Origin: an uncultured Chloroflexia bacterium
GTDB lineage: Bacteria; Chloroflexota; Dehalococcoidia; UBA2979
Assembly (NCBI GenBank): GCA_963728205.1
Contig: CAVSIV010000002.1
Coordinates: 128,001 to 192,000 of the forward strand
Direction of reading: 5' to 3'
Length of the DNA stretch: 64,000 nt
Within the stretch, counting starts at the first letter, position 1. Every line of letters begins with the position of its first letter. Shown in pieces: positions 22,430-38,558 of this stretch. Below the pieces are notes generated by a model that saw only the letters and a program-made list of their open reading frames with translations, was not told the DNA's origin and did not search any database. The position numbers and the translations under genes were made by a program.

Positions 22430-22575
22430 TCGTCGGGCAGATCGGTAGCCGGCGACGTGGCATGCTCGCCGCATCTCGCGCGCTCGCGGGCGTGCGGCGG
22501 GCGGCGTAAGCCGGCGCCGGGGCGGGCAGAGCAGGGCGCCCGGCGCCCGGGAGCGCGGAGAAAGGGAGACCCCAG

Positions 22576-22986
22576 ATGGCTGACGAGGAATCGCGCATTC
22601 GCGTGCTGATCGCGAAGCCGGGCCTGGACGGGCACGACCGCGGCGCGAAGGTCGTCGCTCGCGCCCTCCGCGACGCCGGCATGGAGGTGATCTACACGGG
22701 CATCCGCCAGACCCCGGCGATGATCGCCGAGGCGGCGCTGCAGGAAGACGCGCAGGTCGTCGGCCTGTCGATCCTCTCCGGCGCCCACCTCGAGCTCTTC
22801 CCGCGCGTCGTCGAAGAGCTGAAGCAGCGCGGCGTCGACGACGTCCTGCTCTTCTGCGGCGGCATCATCCCGCAGGAGGACATCCCGAAGATCCGCGAGA
22901 TCGGCTTCCAGGGCGTCTTCGGCCCCGGCACGGACACGAACGAGATCATCGACTTCGTGAAGAACCACGCCCCGGCGCGGGCATAG
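22576..22986 (+). CDS. Acyl-CoA mutase cobalamin-binding small subunit
   Basis: [12 protein letters not shown] (DxHxxG), SILSGAH, GGIIP and FGPGT. Confidence 0.95.
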   Translation: MADEESRIRVLIAKPGLDGHDRGAKVVARALRDAGMEVIYTGIRQTPAMIAEAALQEDAQVVGLSILSGAHLELFPRVVEELKQRGVDDVLLFCGGIIPQEDIPKIREIGFQGVFGPGTDTNEIIDFVKNHAPARA

Positions 22987-22992
22987 GTGCGC

Positions 22993-23958
22993 ATGGAGGT
23001 CTCCGAGCTCGTCGACGGCGTGATCGCCGGGAATCGCCGCGCGCTGGCGCGTGCCATTTCGCACGTCGAGGCCGACTCGCCGTCCGGCCGCGCGGTGCAG
23101 GCGGCGCTCTACCCGCGCACCGGACGCGCCCAGATCGTCGGCTTCACCGGCTCCGCGGGCGCCGGCAAGTCCACGCTCGTCGGTGCCGTCACACGCGAGC
23201 AGCGCAAGCGCGGCCGCACCGTCGGCATCATCGCCATCGACCCGTCTTCCCCGTTCTCTCACGGCGCGATCCTCGGCGACCGCATCCGCATGCAGGACCT
23301 CACCGCCGACGGCGGCGTCTTCATGCGATCGATGGCCTCGCGCGGCAACCTGGGCGGCCTGTCGGAAAGCGCGACGGGCGTCGCCGACGTCATGGACGCC
23401 GCCGGCTTCGATGTCGTGATCATCGAGACCGTCGGCGCCGGCCAGGACGAGGTCGAGATCGCGACCGCCGCGCAGACCACGGTGCTGGTGACGAACCCCG
23501 GCGGCGGCGATGAGATCCAGTCGATGAAGGCCGGGCTGATGGAGATCGCCCAGGTGCTCGTCGTGAACAAGTCGGACCTCGCCGGCGCCGACACGGCCGT
23601 GACACAGCTCAAGGCGCTGCTCGCGATCGCGACGCTCGGCGCGTGGCGGCCGCCCATCCTCAAGGTCGTGGCGAAGACGAACGAGGGCGTCTCGGACCTG
23701 GTCGACGAGATCGACGCGCACAACGCCTTCATGCATTCGCGCGAGCACGCCGAGACCGAGCGCCGCGAGCTCGCGCGCAAGCAGATCGTCGCGCTCGCGC
23801 GCGCGGCGATGCATCGCGAGGCGCTCGCGACGGCGAGCCGCAGCGGCGCGCTGGCCGCGCTCATCGACGCCGTGGCGGACCGCCGCCGCGACCCTCGCTC
23901 GGCGGCGGAGGAGCTGCTGCTCGCGGTACGCCGCGAGTGGGGCGCGGCGGAGCGCTGA
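22993..23958 (+). CDS. meaB: Mutase-associated GTPase MeaB/ArgK
   Basis: GSAGAGKST, DPSSPFSHGAILGDRIRM, IETVGAGQ, KAGLME and VNKSD. Confidence 0.95.
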   Translation: MEVSELVDGVIAGNRRALARAISHVEADSPSGRAVQAALYPRTGRAQIVGFTGSAGAGKSTLVGAVTREQRKRGRTVGIIAIDPSSPFSHGAILGDRIRMQDLTADGGVFMRSMASRGNLGGLSESATGVADVMDAAGFDVVIIETVGAGQDEVEIATAAQTTVLVTNPGGGDEIQSMKAGLMEIAQVLVVNKSDLAGADTAVTQLKALLAIATLGAWRPPILKVVAKTNEGVSDLVDEIDAHNAFMHSREHAETERRELARKQIVALARAAMHREALATASRSGALAALIDAVADRRRDPRSAAEELLLAVRREWGAAER

Positions 23959-24016
23959 GCCGCGGCCGGCCCACGCCGGCGGCGCACGCGCGGCGCATCG
24001 ATATCATGGAGCCCGC

Positions 24017-24721
24017 ATGAGCCAGCGCCTGCGCGTCACGTTCTCCGCGACCGGCCCGGTCCAGTACGTCGCGCACCTCGACATGATGCGGACGTGGGAG
24101 CGGGCCATCCGTCGCGCCCGGCTGCCCCTCGCGTACACGCAGGGGTTCTCCCCGCATGCGCGGCTCTCGCTCGCGGCGCCGCTGCCCGTGGGCGTGCTCG
24201 GCGAGCGCGAGCTGCTCGACCTGTGGCTCGACCCGCCGGTGGCCCCCGACGCCGCTGGGCAACAGCTCGCCGCCGCGATGCCGCCGGGCATCGGCGTGAT
24301 CGCCGTCGAGGAGGTCTCCGACGCGCTCCCCTCGCTCCAGTCGTCGCTGCTCGCCGCGCGCTACGCGGTCGCGCTGCCGACGGACGTCGACGTCGGCGCG
24401 CTCCGGGCGCGCGTGGCGGCGCTGCTGGCGCGCGACACCCTCGACTGGACGGAGGAGCGCGGCGACAAGACGCGCCGCTACGACCTCCGCGCCGCGATCC
24501 TCGACCTCGCCGTCGTCGATGCCGTCTCGCCGGCAACGGGCGCCGTGCTGACGATGCGGCTCTCGCTCGGGGAGGGGCGCACCGGCCGGCCGTCGCAGGT
24601 GCTGCTCGCGCTCGCCCTCGACGGCGACGGGCTGCCGGTCACGCGCACGGAAGTCGAGCTGAGCGACGGCGCCCTCGTGGCGCGCGCCCCGGCGCCGCGC
24701 CGCGGGCACGTGGGGCCGTGA
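24017..24721 (+). CDS. TIGR03936-type radical SAM-associated protein (DUF2344)
   Basis: YVAHLD..R.WERAIRRA.LPLAYTQGFSPH.RLS.A.PLPVG. Confidence 0.85.
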   Translation: MSQRLRVTFSATGPVQYVAHLDMMRTWERAIRRARLPLAYTQGFSPHARLSLAAPLPVGVLGERELLDLWLDPPVAPDAAGQQLAAAMPPGIGVIAVEEVSDALPSLQSSLLAARYAVALPTDVDVGALRARVAALLARDTLDWTEERGDKTRRYDLRAAILDLAVVDAVSPATGAVLTMRLSLGEGRTGRPSQVLLALALDGDGLPVTRTEVELSDGALVARAPAPRRGHVGP

Positions 24722-25347
24722 CCGTCCGCCTGCTGCTCGTGCGGCACGGCGAGACGGACGAGAACCGCCTCGGCCGCTCGCAGGGGCGTCGCGACGTGCC
24801 GCTCAACGCGACCGGGCGCGCGCAGGCGGCCGCACGCGCCGAGTCGCTGCGGACGCACCCGCTGGCGGCGGTCATATCGAGCCCCGCCGCCCGCTGCCGC
24901 GACACGGCCGCCGCGATGGCGGCGCCGCACGGTCTCGACGTGCGGACCGACACCCGGCTGCAGGAGCTCGACCAGGGCGCGCTCGACGGGCTGACGGGCG
25001 CCGAGATGCGCGATCGCTATCCGGAGGTGCTGCGGCGCTGGGGTGCCGACGACCCGCGTGACGTGCGCATGCCCGGCGGCGAGACGCTCGGCGAGGCGCA
25101 GGCGCGCATGGTGGAGGCCGCGCGGGACCTCGCGCGCGAGTTCGCCGGCGCGGAGGTCGTCGTCGTCTCGCACAACCTCGCGATGAAGGCGCTGCTCTGC
25201 CACGCGCTGGGCGTGCCGCTCGGCGGGTTCCGACACCTGGTGCTTGACCCGGCGTCGCTCAGTGTCGTCGACGTCCGCCGCGACGCGCCGTGGACGGTGA
25301 TCGGCATGAACGAGCGGTGCGTGGTCGCCGGTCTGCCCGCCGGGTGA
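24718..25347 (+). CDS. Histidine phosphatase (PGM/CobC family)
   Basis: LLVRHGET, RC.DTA, LQELDQG, PGGET and VVSH. The GTG overlaps the upstream stop. Confidence 0.88.
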   Translation: MTVRLLLVRHGETDENRLGRSQGRRDVPLNATGRAQAAARAESLRTHPLAAVISSPAARCRDTAAAMAAPHGLDVRTDTRLQELDQGALDGLTGAEMRDRYPEVLRRWGADDPRDVRMPGGETLGEAQARMVEAARDLAREFAGAEVVVVSHNLAMKALLCHALGVPLGGFRHLVLDPASLSVVDVRRDAPWTVIGMNERCVVAGLPAG

Positions 25348-25407
25348 CCGCGAGCAGGCGCTCTGCTACCGTGAGCGCCGGCGGGGTGGGCAAGGATCCG
25401 CGTCAGC

Positions 25408-25782
25408 GTGCGGTCGTTCCGTCTCCCCACGTTCGGGCTCGCGCACATGGTGATGGCCGTCGCGCTGCTGCTCGTCGGGCTCTTCCTCTACGCCACCGTG
25501 CAGACTGCCGCGCAGAGCTACCGCCTGCACCGCGAGCAGAAGCAACTCGACCAGCAGGTGACGACCCTGCGGCGCCAGCGCGCCGAGCTACAGGGCCTGC
25601 TTACCTACCTGAACTCGGACGAGTACATCGAGGCGTTCGCGCGCCAGCAGTTCGGCCTCGTGCGTCCCGGTGAGACCGCCGTCGACGTCCGGGCCCCGTC
25701 GCAGTCGGCAGCGGTCGTGAAGCCGGGCGAGCGCTGGTGGGAGGTGCTCTTCGGCCTGGGCGACGCGACGCCGACCCCGTGA
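25408..25782 (+). CDS. Septum formation initiator (FtsB/DivIC family)
   Basis: One TM segment plus a coiled coil, and YIEAFARQQFGLVRPGE. Confidence 0.85.
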   Translation: MRSFRLPTFGLAHMVMAVALLLVGLFLYATVQTAAQSYRLHREQKQLDQQVTTLRRQRAELQGLLTYLNSDEYIEAFARQQFGLVRPGETAVDVRAPSQSAAVVKPGERWWEVLFGLGDATPTP

Positions 25783-25829
25783 CGGCCCGCGTGATCCGCT
25801 AGGCTCTACGCGCACCCGAGGGTCCGCCG

Positions 25830-26900
25830 ATGGCCGATGCCGCACGCCCGCACGCCGGCGCCGACGCGCTGCCGCGCAGCCGCGCGACGGCGGCGTTCGA
25901 GCGCCGTGTCGGCCGCGCGCTCGGCGTGTATGCGAGCGGCTCCGCGCCGCTCGTCGTCGCCGCATCCGGCGGCCCCGACTCCACCGCCGCGCTGGTCGCC
26001 ACCGCCCGGGTCGCCGCGGGCGAGGTCGTTGCGGCGTGCTTCGACCATCGCATGCGCGCGGCGGCGGAGACCGCCCGCGACCGTGCCTTCGTTCGCGACG
26101 TCGCGCGGGCGGTTGGAGCAGCAGTGCGCGTCGGGTCGGCGCGCGGCACGCCGCCCCGCAGCGAGAGCGCGGCGCGCGAGTTGCGCTATGGGTGGCTGGC
26201 GCGCGTGTGCGGTGCCGATGGTGCCACCGTCGCGGTCACAGGGCACACGCTCGACGACCAGGCGGAGACGGTGCTGCTGCGGCTGGCGCGTGGCACGGGG
26301 CTCGAGGGCGCCGGGGGGATGGCCGGCGTCGCCGCCTGGCCGCTGCCGCTGCAGGGGGGAGCGGAACGGGCGCTGCGAGTGGTGCGGCCGCTGCTCGATC
26401 TCTCACGGGGTGACGTCCTCGAGTACCTCGACGCGCTGGGTCTCGCACCGCGCGAGGACGAGACGAACGCGTTGCTGGCCTTCGACCGAAATCGCGTGCG
26501 GCATCGGGCGCTGCGGGACCTGCGACGCATCAACGGGCGTGCGACGGAGCACATCGCCGGCTTCGCTCGGCTCGCGCGCCGCGACGACGAGGCGCTTACC
26601 GCGTGGGCGCGGCGCGTGCTCGACGCAGAGGTAACGTTCGCTGCGGGCGCCGCCCGGGTGCCGCGCCGCCTGCTCGGGAACCTGCCGCCGGCGGTCGCGT
26701 CGCGAGTGCTGCGCCTGGCGGCAGCGGAGCTCGGCCTACGGTTCGAGGGGGCGCAGCTGGAGCTCCTGCTCGCGGGAGCGCGGTCGGGGGCGCGGATCGC
26801 GCTCTCCGGCGGCTCGGCGCGCGTCGAGGCGGAATGGGTGGAGATCGCGCCGGAGCCGCGATCGCGGGCGCTGCGACGCCCGGTCGCGGGCCGCGACTGA
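25830..26900 (+). CDS. tilS: tRNA(Ile)-lysidine synthetase
   Basis: SGGPDS PP-loop, AARELRY, GHTLDDQAET.LLRL.RG, RPLL, DETN and RNRVR. Confidence 0.9.
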   Translation: MADAARPHAGADALPRSRATAAFERRVGRALGVYASGSAPLVVAASGGPDSTAALVATARVAAGEVVAACFDHRMRAAAETARDRAFVRDVARAVGAAVRVGSARGTPPRSESAARELRYGWLARVCGADGATVAVTGHTLDDQAETVLLRLARGTGLEGAGGMAGVAAWPLPLQGGAERALRVVRPLLDLSRGDVLEYLDALGLAPREDETNALLAFDRNRVRHRALRDLRRINGRATEHIAGFARLARRDDEALTAWARRVLDAEVTFAAGAARVPRRLLGNLPPAVASRVLRLAAAELGLRFEGAQLELLLAGARSGARIALSGGSARVEAEWVEIAPEPRSRALRRPVAGRD

Positions 26901-26995
26901 GGCCGCCGCCGATTGCGGCTCGCGCGGCGGGCACGTATTCTGGGGTTCGTCCCGATCAACGGCATCGAACGGGTTCGGGTCGCTGCCGAGCGGCC

Positions 26996-27024
26996 TTGAC
27001 GCAGAATGCGTGGTTGGGTAGTCT
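26996..27024 (+). promoter_or_regulatory. rRNA operon sigma70-type promoter
   Basis: TTGACG-N17-TAGTCT, about 190 nt upstream of 16S. Confidence 0.75.
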
Positions 27025-27212
27025 CCTCGTTCGGCGCTCACGCGAGCGCCCCCGCACATTTACATCTGGATAGCAGACAGAAACCAAAACAGGATCCCCG
27101 TTAGCCGCGGGGGCCCGGGATACGGGCGTGCCTTCGGGCACGTGCGGATCATGGGTGCCTCGGCGGTGATTCCGACGAACCAAGCACCCGCTTCGGCGGA
27201 TGTGAGATTTCG

Positions 27213-28697
<1,485 letters not shown>

Positions 28698-28947
28698 CTA
28701 GGGAGTTGCACCGTCCGGACTCACATCGAAGCAACGGTGTTGCCTCGATGCCGGCGAAGCTCCTAGTCGATCGGCCCGTCGGCCTTGCGCGAGGGATGTT
28801 CGTCCTCCGCCGGCCGGGTCGTCAGCATCGAACCTCGCTGGGCCTGGCGAGGGCTTCTGTCTGCTATCCAGCTGTCGATGTGCGCCCGCTTCGGGGACGC
28901 GCCCGCTCTCACGGCGACGCGGAGGGTCCGGGGTGCTGTGCACCGGA

Positions 28948-29024
28948 GGGCCATTAGCTCAGCCGGTTAGAGCGCAGTCCTGATAAGACTGAGGTCCCTG
29001 GTTCGAGTCCAGGATGGCCCACCA
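28948..29024 (+). tRNA. tRNA-Ile(GAT)
   Basis: Cloverleaf in the ITS with anticodon arm CAGTC-CTGATAA-GACTG and a CCA end. Confidence 0.97.
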
Positions 29025-29070
29025 CCGCACGGTGTCGCGGGGTCGTCCGAATTGGACGTCGAGGCTCCAG

Positions 29071-29146
29071 GGGGCCGTAGCTCAGCTGGGAGAGCGCCGC
29101 CTTTGCAAGGCGGAGGTCGGGGGTTCGATCCCCCCCGGCTCCACCA
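29071..29146 (+). tRNA. tRNA-Ala(TGC)
   Basis: GGGGCCGTAGCTCAGCTGGGAGAGCG, anticodon loop TTTGCAA, G3-U70 pair and CCA. Confidence 0.97.
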
Positions 29147-29398
29147 GGTCACCGAGCGCACGACAGGCACCGATGCGAACCGCCCCGGCGGCGCGACCGC
29201 TTCGAGCATGGCTCGAGGTCGCGCGGCGCGGGGCGGCGTATTGACGCCGGCAGCATCGCGGGCCAGCGGCCCGCGGCGGCACGTTTAGAACAGAATACTG
29301 CTCAAGAATTTCCTGAACTGCGAGTAATCGTCGAGTGTCGGCGCAGCGTGTTCGCACGTCGCGCCGATCGCGAAGATCGCGGAGTGTGCTTGACGGAG

Positions 29399-32343
<2,945 letters not shown>

Positions 32344-32470
32344 TCCTTCAAGCATCCCCGTGATCTCTGGCGATGCTCGCAGTTCATGAGCGGTATTCTG
32401 TACGGGGCGAGCGACTGCGCTCGTCCCGCCGAAGAGCGCGGTCCACGTGTGCTACGCTGGATCGCAACGG

Positions 32471-32545
<75 letters not shown>

Positions 32546-32554
32546 GCGAACAAC

Positions 32555-32587
32555 AGGGCGGGGCCATTGGGCTCCGCCCTTTTTTTG
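32555..32587 (+). terminator. Intrinsic terminator between tRNA-fMet and 5S
   Basis: AGGGCGGGGCC-ATTG-GGCTCCGCCCT followed by a T-run. Confidence 0.85.
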
Positions 32588-32695
32588 TCTTCTGGTGTCG
32601 CACGTTCCCCTGCACTGGGAGGCGGGACCAGGAAAATGGGCACTTCGCCGACGATCGCAGTTGCTCATACGCCGGCGATCGCTGCATACTGTCGT

Positions 32696-32814
32696 TCCTG
32701 GTGGTTAGAGCGCGGCGGACCCACCCGTTCCCATTCCGAACACGGAAGTGAAACGTCGTAGCGCTGACGATACTCCCCGGGCAACTGGGTGTGGAAAATA
32801 GGCCACCGCCAGGA
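32696..32814 (+). rRNA. rrf: 5S rRNA
   Basis: TCCTGGTGG...CCCATTCCGAACACGGAAGTGAAAC...CCGCCAGGA, with paired ends. Confidence 0.96.
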
Positions 32815-32819
32815 TTTAT

Positions 32820-32853
32820 CGGGCCATTCTTCCCGTTGCGGAAGAATGGCCCG
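32820..32853 (+). terminator. Hairpin after 5S (likely terminator)
   Basis: CGGGCCATTCTTCC-CGTTGC-GGAAGAATGGCCCG perfect stem with a weak U-tail. Confidence 0.6.
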
Positions 32854-32981
32854 CTGTTCGCCGGGGCCCTTCTTCGATCTCGAGGACGGCTGGCGAATCG
32901 GGCGTGTTATGATGCGCCCCGCGTGTCCCGGTGCCCGCGGGCATCCGGCGCGCAAGAATCTCAACCGGAGGCAGATCAGTT

Positions 32982-34577
32982 TTGACGAACCAGACCACCC
33001 CCGACGCCCCCGAGGCGCCGAAGACGACGCTCACCGAGACCGAGGACATGGCGGCGCTGCTCGAAGAGAGCGATGTCGCCGAGCCCCGGCAGCTGCGACG
33101 CGGGGAGGTGGTCGAGGGCACGGTCATGTCCGTGGAGCGCGATCACGCGCTCGTCGACATCGGATTCAAGTCCGAGGGCGTCGTGCCGGTGCAGGAGATG
33201 CACTCGCTCGGCGCCGACCCGCTCTCCAACATCCACGCCGGTGAGCAGGTGCTCGTCTACGTTGTGCAACCCGAGACGGCTGAGGGCCAGGTCGCCCTCT
33301 CGATCGACCGCGCACGTGGTGAGCAGGGCTGGCGGATTCTGCAGCAGCGCTTCGAGAGCGGTGAGATCTTCGAGGCGGAGATCACCGGCTACAACAAGGG
33401 CGGACTGCTCGCGAACGTCGAGGGCGTGAACGCATTCATCCCGATGTCGCAGGTGGTGGGCGCAAAGCCGGGCACGGACGGGACTAACCCGCTCTCCGCC
33501 CAGGTCGGGCGGACGCTGCGGTTGAAGGTCATCGAGATCAACCGTCGCCGCAATCGCGTGATCCTCTCCGAGCGCGCCGCGCTGCAGGAGTGGCGTGCGG
33601 AGCAGAAGGAGCGCCTCCTCGAGGAGCTCAACGAGGGCGATATCCGTACCGGCACGGTCACGTCAATCCGCAACTTCGGCGTCTTCGTGGACATGGGCGG
33701 CGCCGACGGCCTCGTGCATCTCTCCGAGCTGTCGTGGGACCGTAACGCCTCGCCGGAGGACCTCTTCAAGGTCGGCGACGAGGTGAAGGTCTACGTCATG
33801 CGTGTCGACCGAGAGAGCAAGAAGATCGCCCTTTCGGTGCGCCGCGCCTCGCCCGAGGAGTGGGAGCAGCTCATCACCCGCTATGCGGTCGGGGATGTCG
33901 TCCCTGCCGTGATCACGAAGCTCGTCGCGTTCGGCGCCTTCGCACGGCTGCCCGGACCGGTCGAGGGCCTGGTGCACGTCTCCGAGCTCGTCGACCGGCG
34001 CATCGGCCACCCGGAAGAGGTCGTCGACGAGGGCGACGTGGTTCCGCTGAAGATCGTGCGCATCGAGCACGATCGGCATCGCCTGGGGCTCTCCCTGCGC
34101 GAAGCCCGGCGCGAGGCCGAGATGCGCGGCTGGCAGTTCGACGACGACGGCCGCGTGATCACGTCGCCCGAGGACGCGCAGCAGGCGTTCCCGGACGAGT
34201 ACGCGGCGATCGCGAAACGCTACGAGGACCGGCGGAAGTCCGCGGAGTCGCGCGCCGCCAGTAACGTCCAGCAGGCCGTCCAGGGTTCGGCCGACGAGGG
34301 CGACCGCGGCCGTCGCGACGAGGGCCCCGTGCTCACCGCCATGCAGGCGGCGATGCAGCAGGCGCAGGCGGAATTGCGTGCGCAGGAAGAGTCTGCATCC
34401 GGTGATGCGGCGGAGACGTCGCAGCCCGCGGACACGGCGGACACCGTTGCCGACGCGACCGATACAGCGGCGCCTGCTGCGGACGCGACCGAAGCGGCCG
34501 GCACGGCGGAGGTTGTGGGGACGGCGGAGACGACGCAGGAACCCGACAGCGGCTCCGAAGAGAAGACCGAGGGATGA
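32982..34577 (+). CDS. rpsA: 30S ribosomal protein S1 with an acidic C-terminal tail
   Basis: Four S1 repeats (VDIGFKSEG, NKGGL, FGVFVDMGGADGLVHLSELSW, FGAFARL..VEGLVHVSEL). TTG start after GGAGG. Confidence 0.93.
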   Translation: MTNQTTPDAPEAPKTTLTETEDMAALLEESDVAEPRQLRRGEVVEGTVMSVERDHALVDIGFKSEGVVPVQEMHSLGADPLSNIHAGEQVLVYVVQPETAEGQVALSIDRARGEQGWRILQQRFESGEIFEAEITGYNKGGLLANVEGVNAFIPMSQVVGAKPGTDGTNPLSAQVGRTLRLKVIEINRRRNRVILSERAALQEWRAEQKERLLEELNEGDIRTGTVTSIRNFGVFVDMGGADGLVHLSELSWDRNASPEDLFKVGDEVKVYVMRVDRESKKIALSVRRASPEEWEQLITRYAVGDVVPAVITKLVAFGAFARLPGPVEGLVHVSELVDRRIGHPEEVVDEGDVVPLKIVRIEHDRHRLGLSLREARREAEMRGWQFDDDGRVITSPEDAQQAFPDEYAAIAKRYEDRRKSAESRAASNVQQAVQGSADEGDRGRRDEGPVLTAMQAAMQQAQAELRAQEESASGDAAETSQPADTADTVADATDTAAPAADATEAAGTAEVVGTAETTQEPDSGSEEKTEG

Positions 34578-34610
34578 GCCACGGACTCCGCCCCCGTCCG
34601 GCACGATGAC

Positions 34611-34640
34611 GCGAAGCCCCGGCCCGTTCCGGGGCTTCGC
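34611..34640 (+). terminator. Hairpin terminator after rpsA
   Basis: GCGAAGCCCCGG-CCCGTT-CCGGGGCTTCGC. Confidence 0.65.
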
Positions 34641-34663
34641 CGCGTTGTCTGCTACGCTGTAAA

Positions 34664-34790
34664 TGCGGGTAGCCCCGCACTGACGGCACTCCACAACCTG
34701 AGCGATCATCCGTGATGGACCCCACGCCCGAGGCGCGGCGGTCACAGGTTCGGCCCCCTCTCGGAGCGTCTGTCCGCAAGGGGGCCCTGT
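34664..34790 (+). ncRNA. Candidate structured RNA between rpsA and clpC (family not recognised)
   Basis: Extended -10 TGcTACGCT at 34650-34658. Helices TGCGGG/CCCGCA and AACCTG/CAGGTT (enclosing two hairpins), plus a terminal GGCCCCCT/AGGGGGCC. Confidence 0.3.
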
Positions 34791-34828
34791 GATAGCCTTG
34801 ATCTCGGAGGGAGAGGGACGGACCCGAT

Positions 34829-37343
<2,515 letters not shown>

Positions 37344-37367
37344 CGTCCCCAGACGGGCTGCCAGGCT

Positions 37368-37399
37368 CAAAACGGGGCCGCATCTGCGGCCCCGTTTTT
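37368..37399. terminator. Bidirectional intrinsic terminator between clpC and rodA
   Basis: AAAACGGGGCCGCA-TC-TGCGGCCCCGTTTTT between convergent genes. Confidence 0.85.
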
Positions 37400-37415
37400 C
37401 GTGCCTTTGCTCGGC

Positions 37416-38558
37416 TCAGCGGCGCCGCTCGCCGGTCCACTGCTCGCGACCGATCGCCGGGCGGTGCGCGGCGATGCTCTCGAGCACCCCGAGCGCGGCG
37501 AACATGGCGACGAGCGCGGAGCCACCCTGCGAGACGAACGGCAGCGCGATGCCGGTCGCCGGGAAGAGCCGCAGGTTGACCGCGATGTGCATGAGCGCCT
37601 GCGCGGTGATGGTGGCGGTGAGGCCGACCGCGAGCAGCCGCCCGAAGGTGTCGGGCGCGGCAGCGGCCGCGCGCAGTCCGCGCCACGCCACGATCGCGAA
37701 CACCGCGATCACGAACAGCGCACCGACCATGCCGACGGCCTCGCCGAGCTGCGCGAAGGCGAAGTCGGAGGTCCGTGTGGCGAGACCCTCGAGCGCCGAG
37801 TGTGCCCCCTCGAGGAGCCCGTTCCCGAACAGGCCGCCGGAGCCGAATGCGACCTCGACCTGGCGCAGCGTGAAGCCGCTGCCGAACGGGTCGCGCCCGG
37901 GGTGCAAGAAGACGGCGAGGCGCTCCCGCTGGTAGTCGGGGACGCCCACGGTGAACAGCAGCGGCACGGCGGCGATCGCCGCCAGTGCCATCCCGCCGAG
38001 TACACGCCAGGGCAACCCCCACGCGACGACCATGGAGGCCCAGGCCGCGCCGATGACCAGCGCCGTCCCGAGGTCCGGCTCGAGCAGCACGAGGCCCGCA
38101 GGCACGCCGAGCACGACCAGCCACGCAAGGAGCGGCCGAGCGCCGGGCTGCCGGTCCGCCACCACCGCGGCACCGGCGATGACGATGGCGAGCTTCGCGA
38201 ATTCGGAGGGCTGCACCGTGATCGGCCCCAGGCCGATCCACCGTCGCGCGCCATACTGGCTCGAGCCGAGTCCGAGCACCACGACGAGCGCGAGAACGGC
38301 GCCCGCGTAGAGGAGCGGCGTGAGGCGGCGCAGCAACCGGTAGTCAACGTGAGCGAGCACGAACATCACCACGACGCCGACCACGATGTAGCCGCCCTGC
38401 CGCACGGTGGGGCCGGTGATGTGTGACGGCGGGAGCGACATATGCGCCGCGGTCGTGGCCTCGATGAGGAGCGCGCCCAGCGGGGCGAGCACGAGCATCG
38501 GCAGCAGCAGCCATCGATCCGCGACGCGGCCGGCGCGCGCGATCCCGAGCGCGCTCAC
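37416..38558 (-). CDS. rodA: SEDS peptidoglycan glycosyltransferase RodA
   Basis: GARRWI, QPSEFAK, EPDLGT, YQRER and TGIALPFVSQGGS; follows the PBP2 gene. Confidence 0.92.
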   Translation of the reverse strand: MSALGIARAGRVADRWLLLPMLVLAPLGALLIEATTAAHMSLPPSHITGPTVRQGGYIVVGVVVMFVLAHVDYRLLRRLTPLLYAGAVLALVVVLGLGSSQYGARRWIGLGPITVQPSEFAKLAIVIAGAAVVADRQPGARPLLAWLVVLGVPAGLVLLEPDLGTALVIGAAWASMVVAWGLPWRVLGGMALAAIAAVPLLFTVGVPDYQRERLAVFLHPGRDPFGSGFTLRQVEVAFGSGGLFGNGLLEGAHSALEGLATRTSDFAFAQLGEAVGMVGALFVIAVFAIVAWRGLRAAAAAPDTFGRLLAVGLTATITAQALMHIAVNLRLFPATGIALPFVSQGGSALVAMFAALGVLESIAAHRPAIGREQWTGERRR

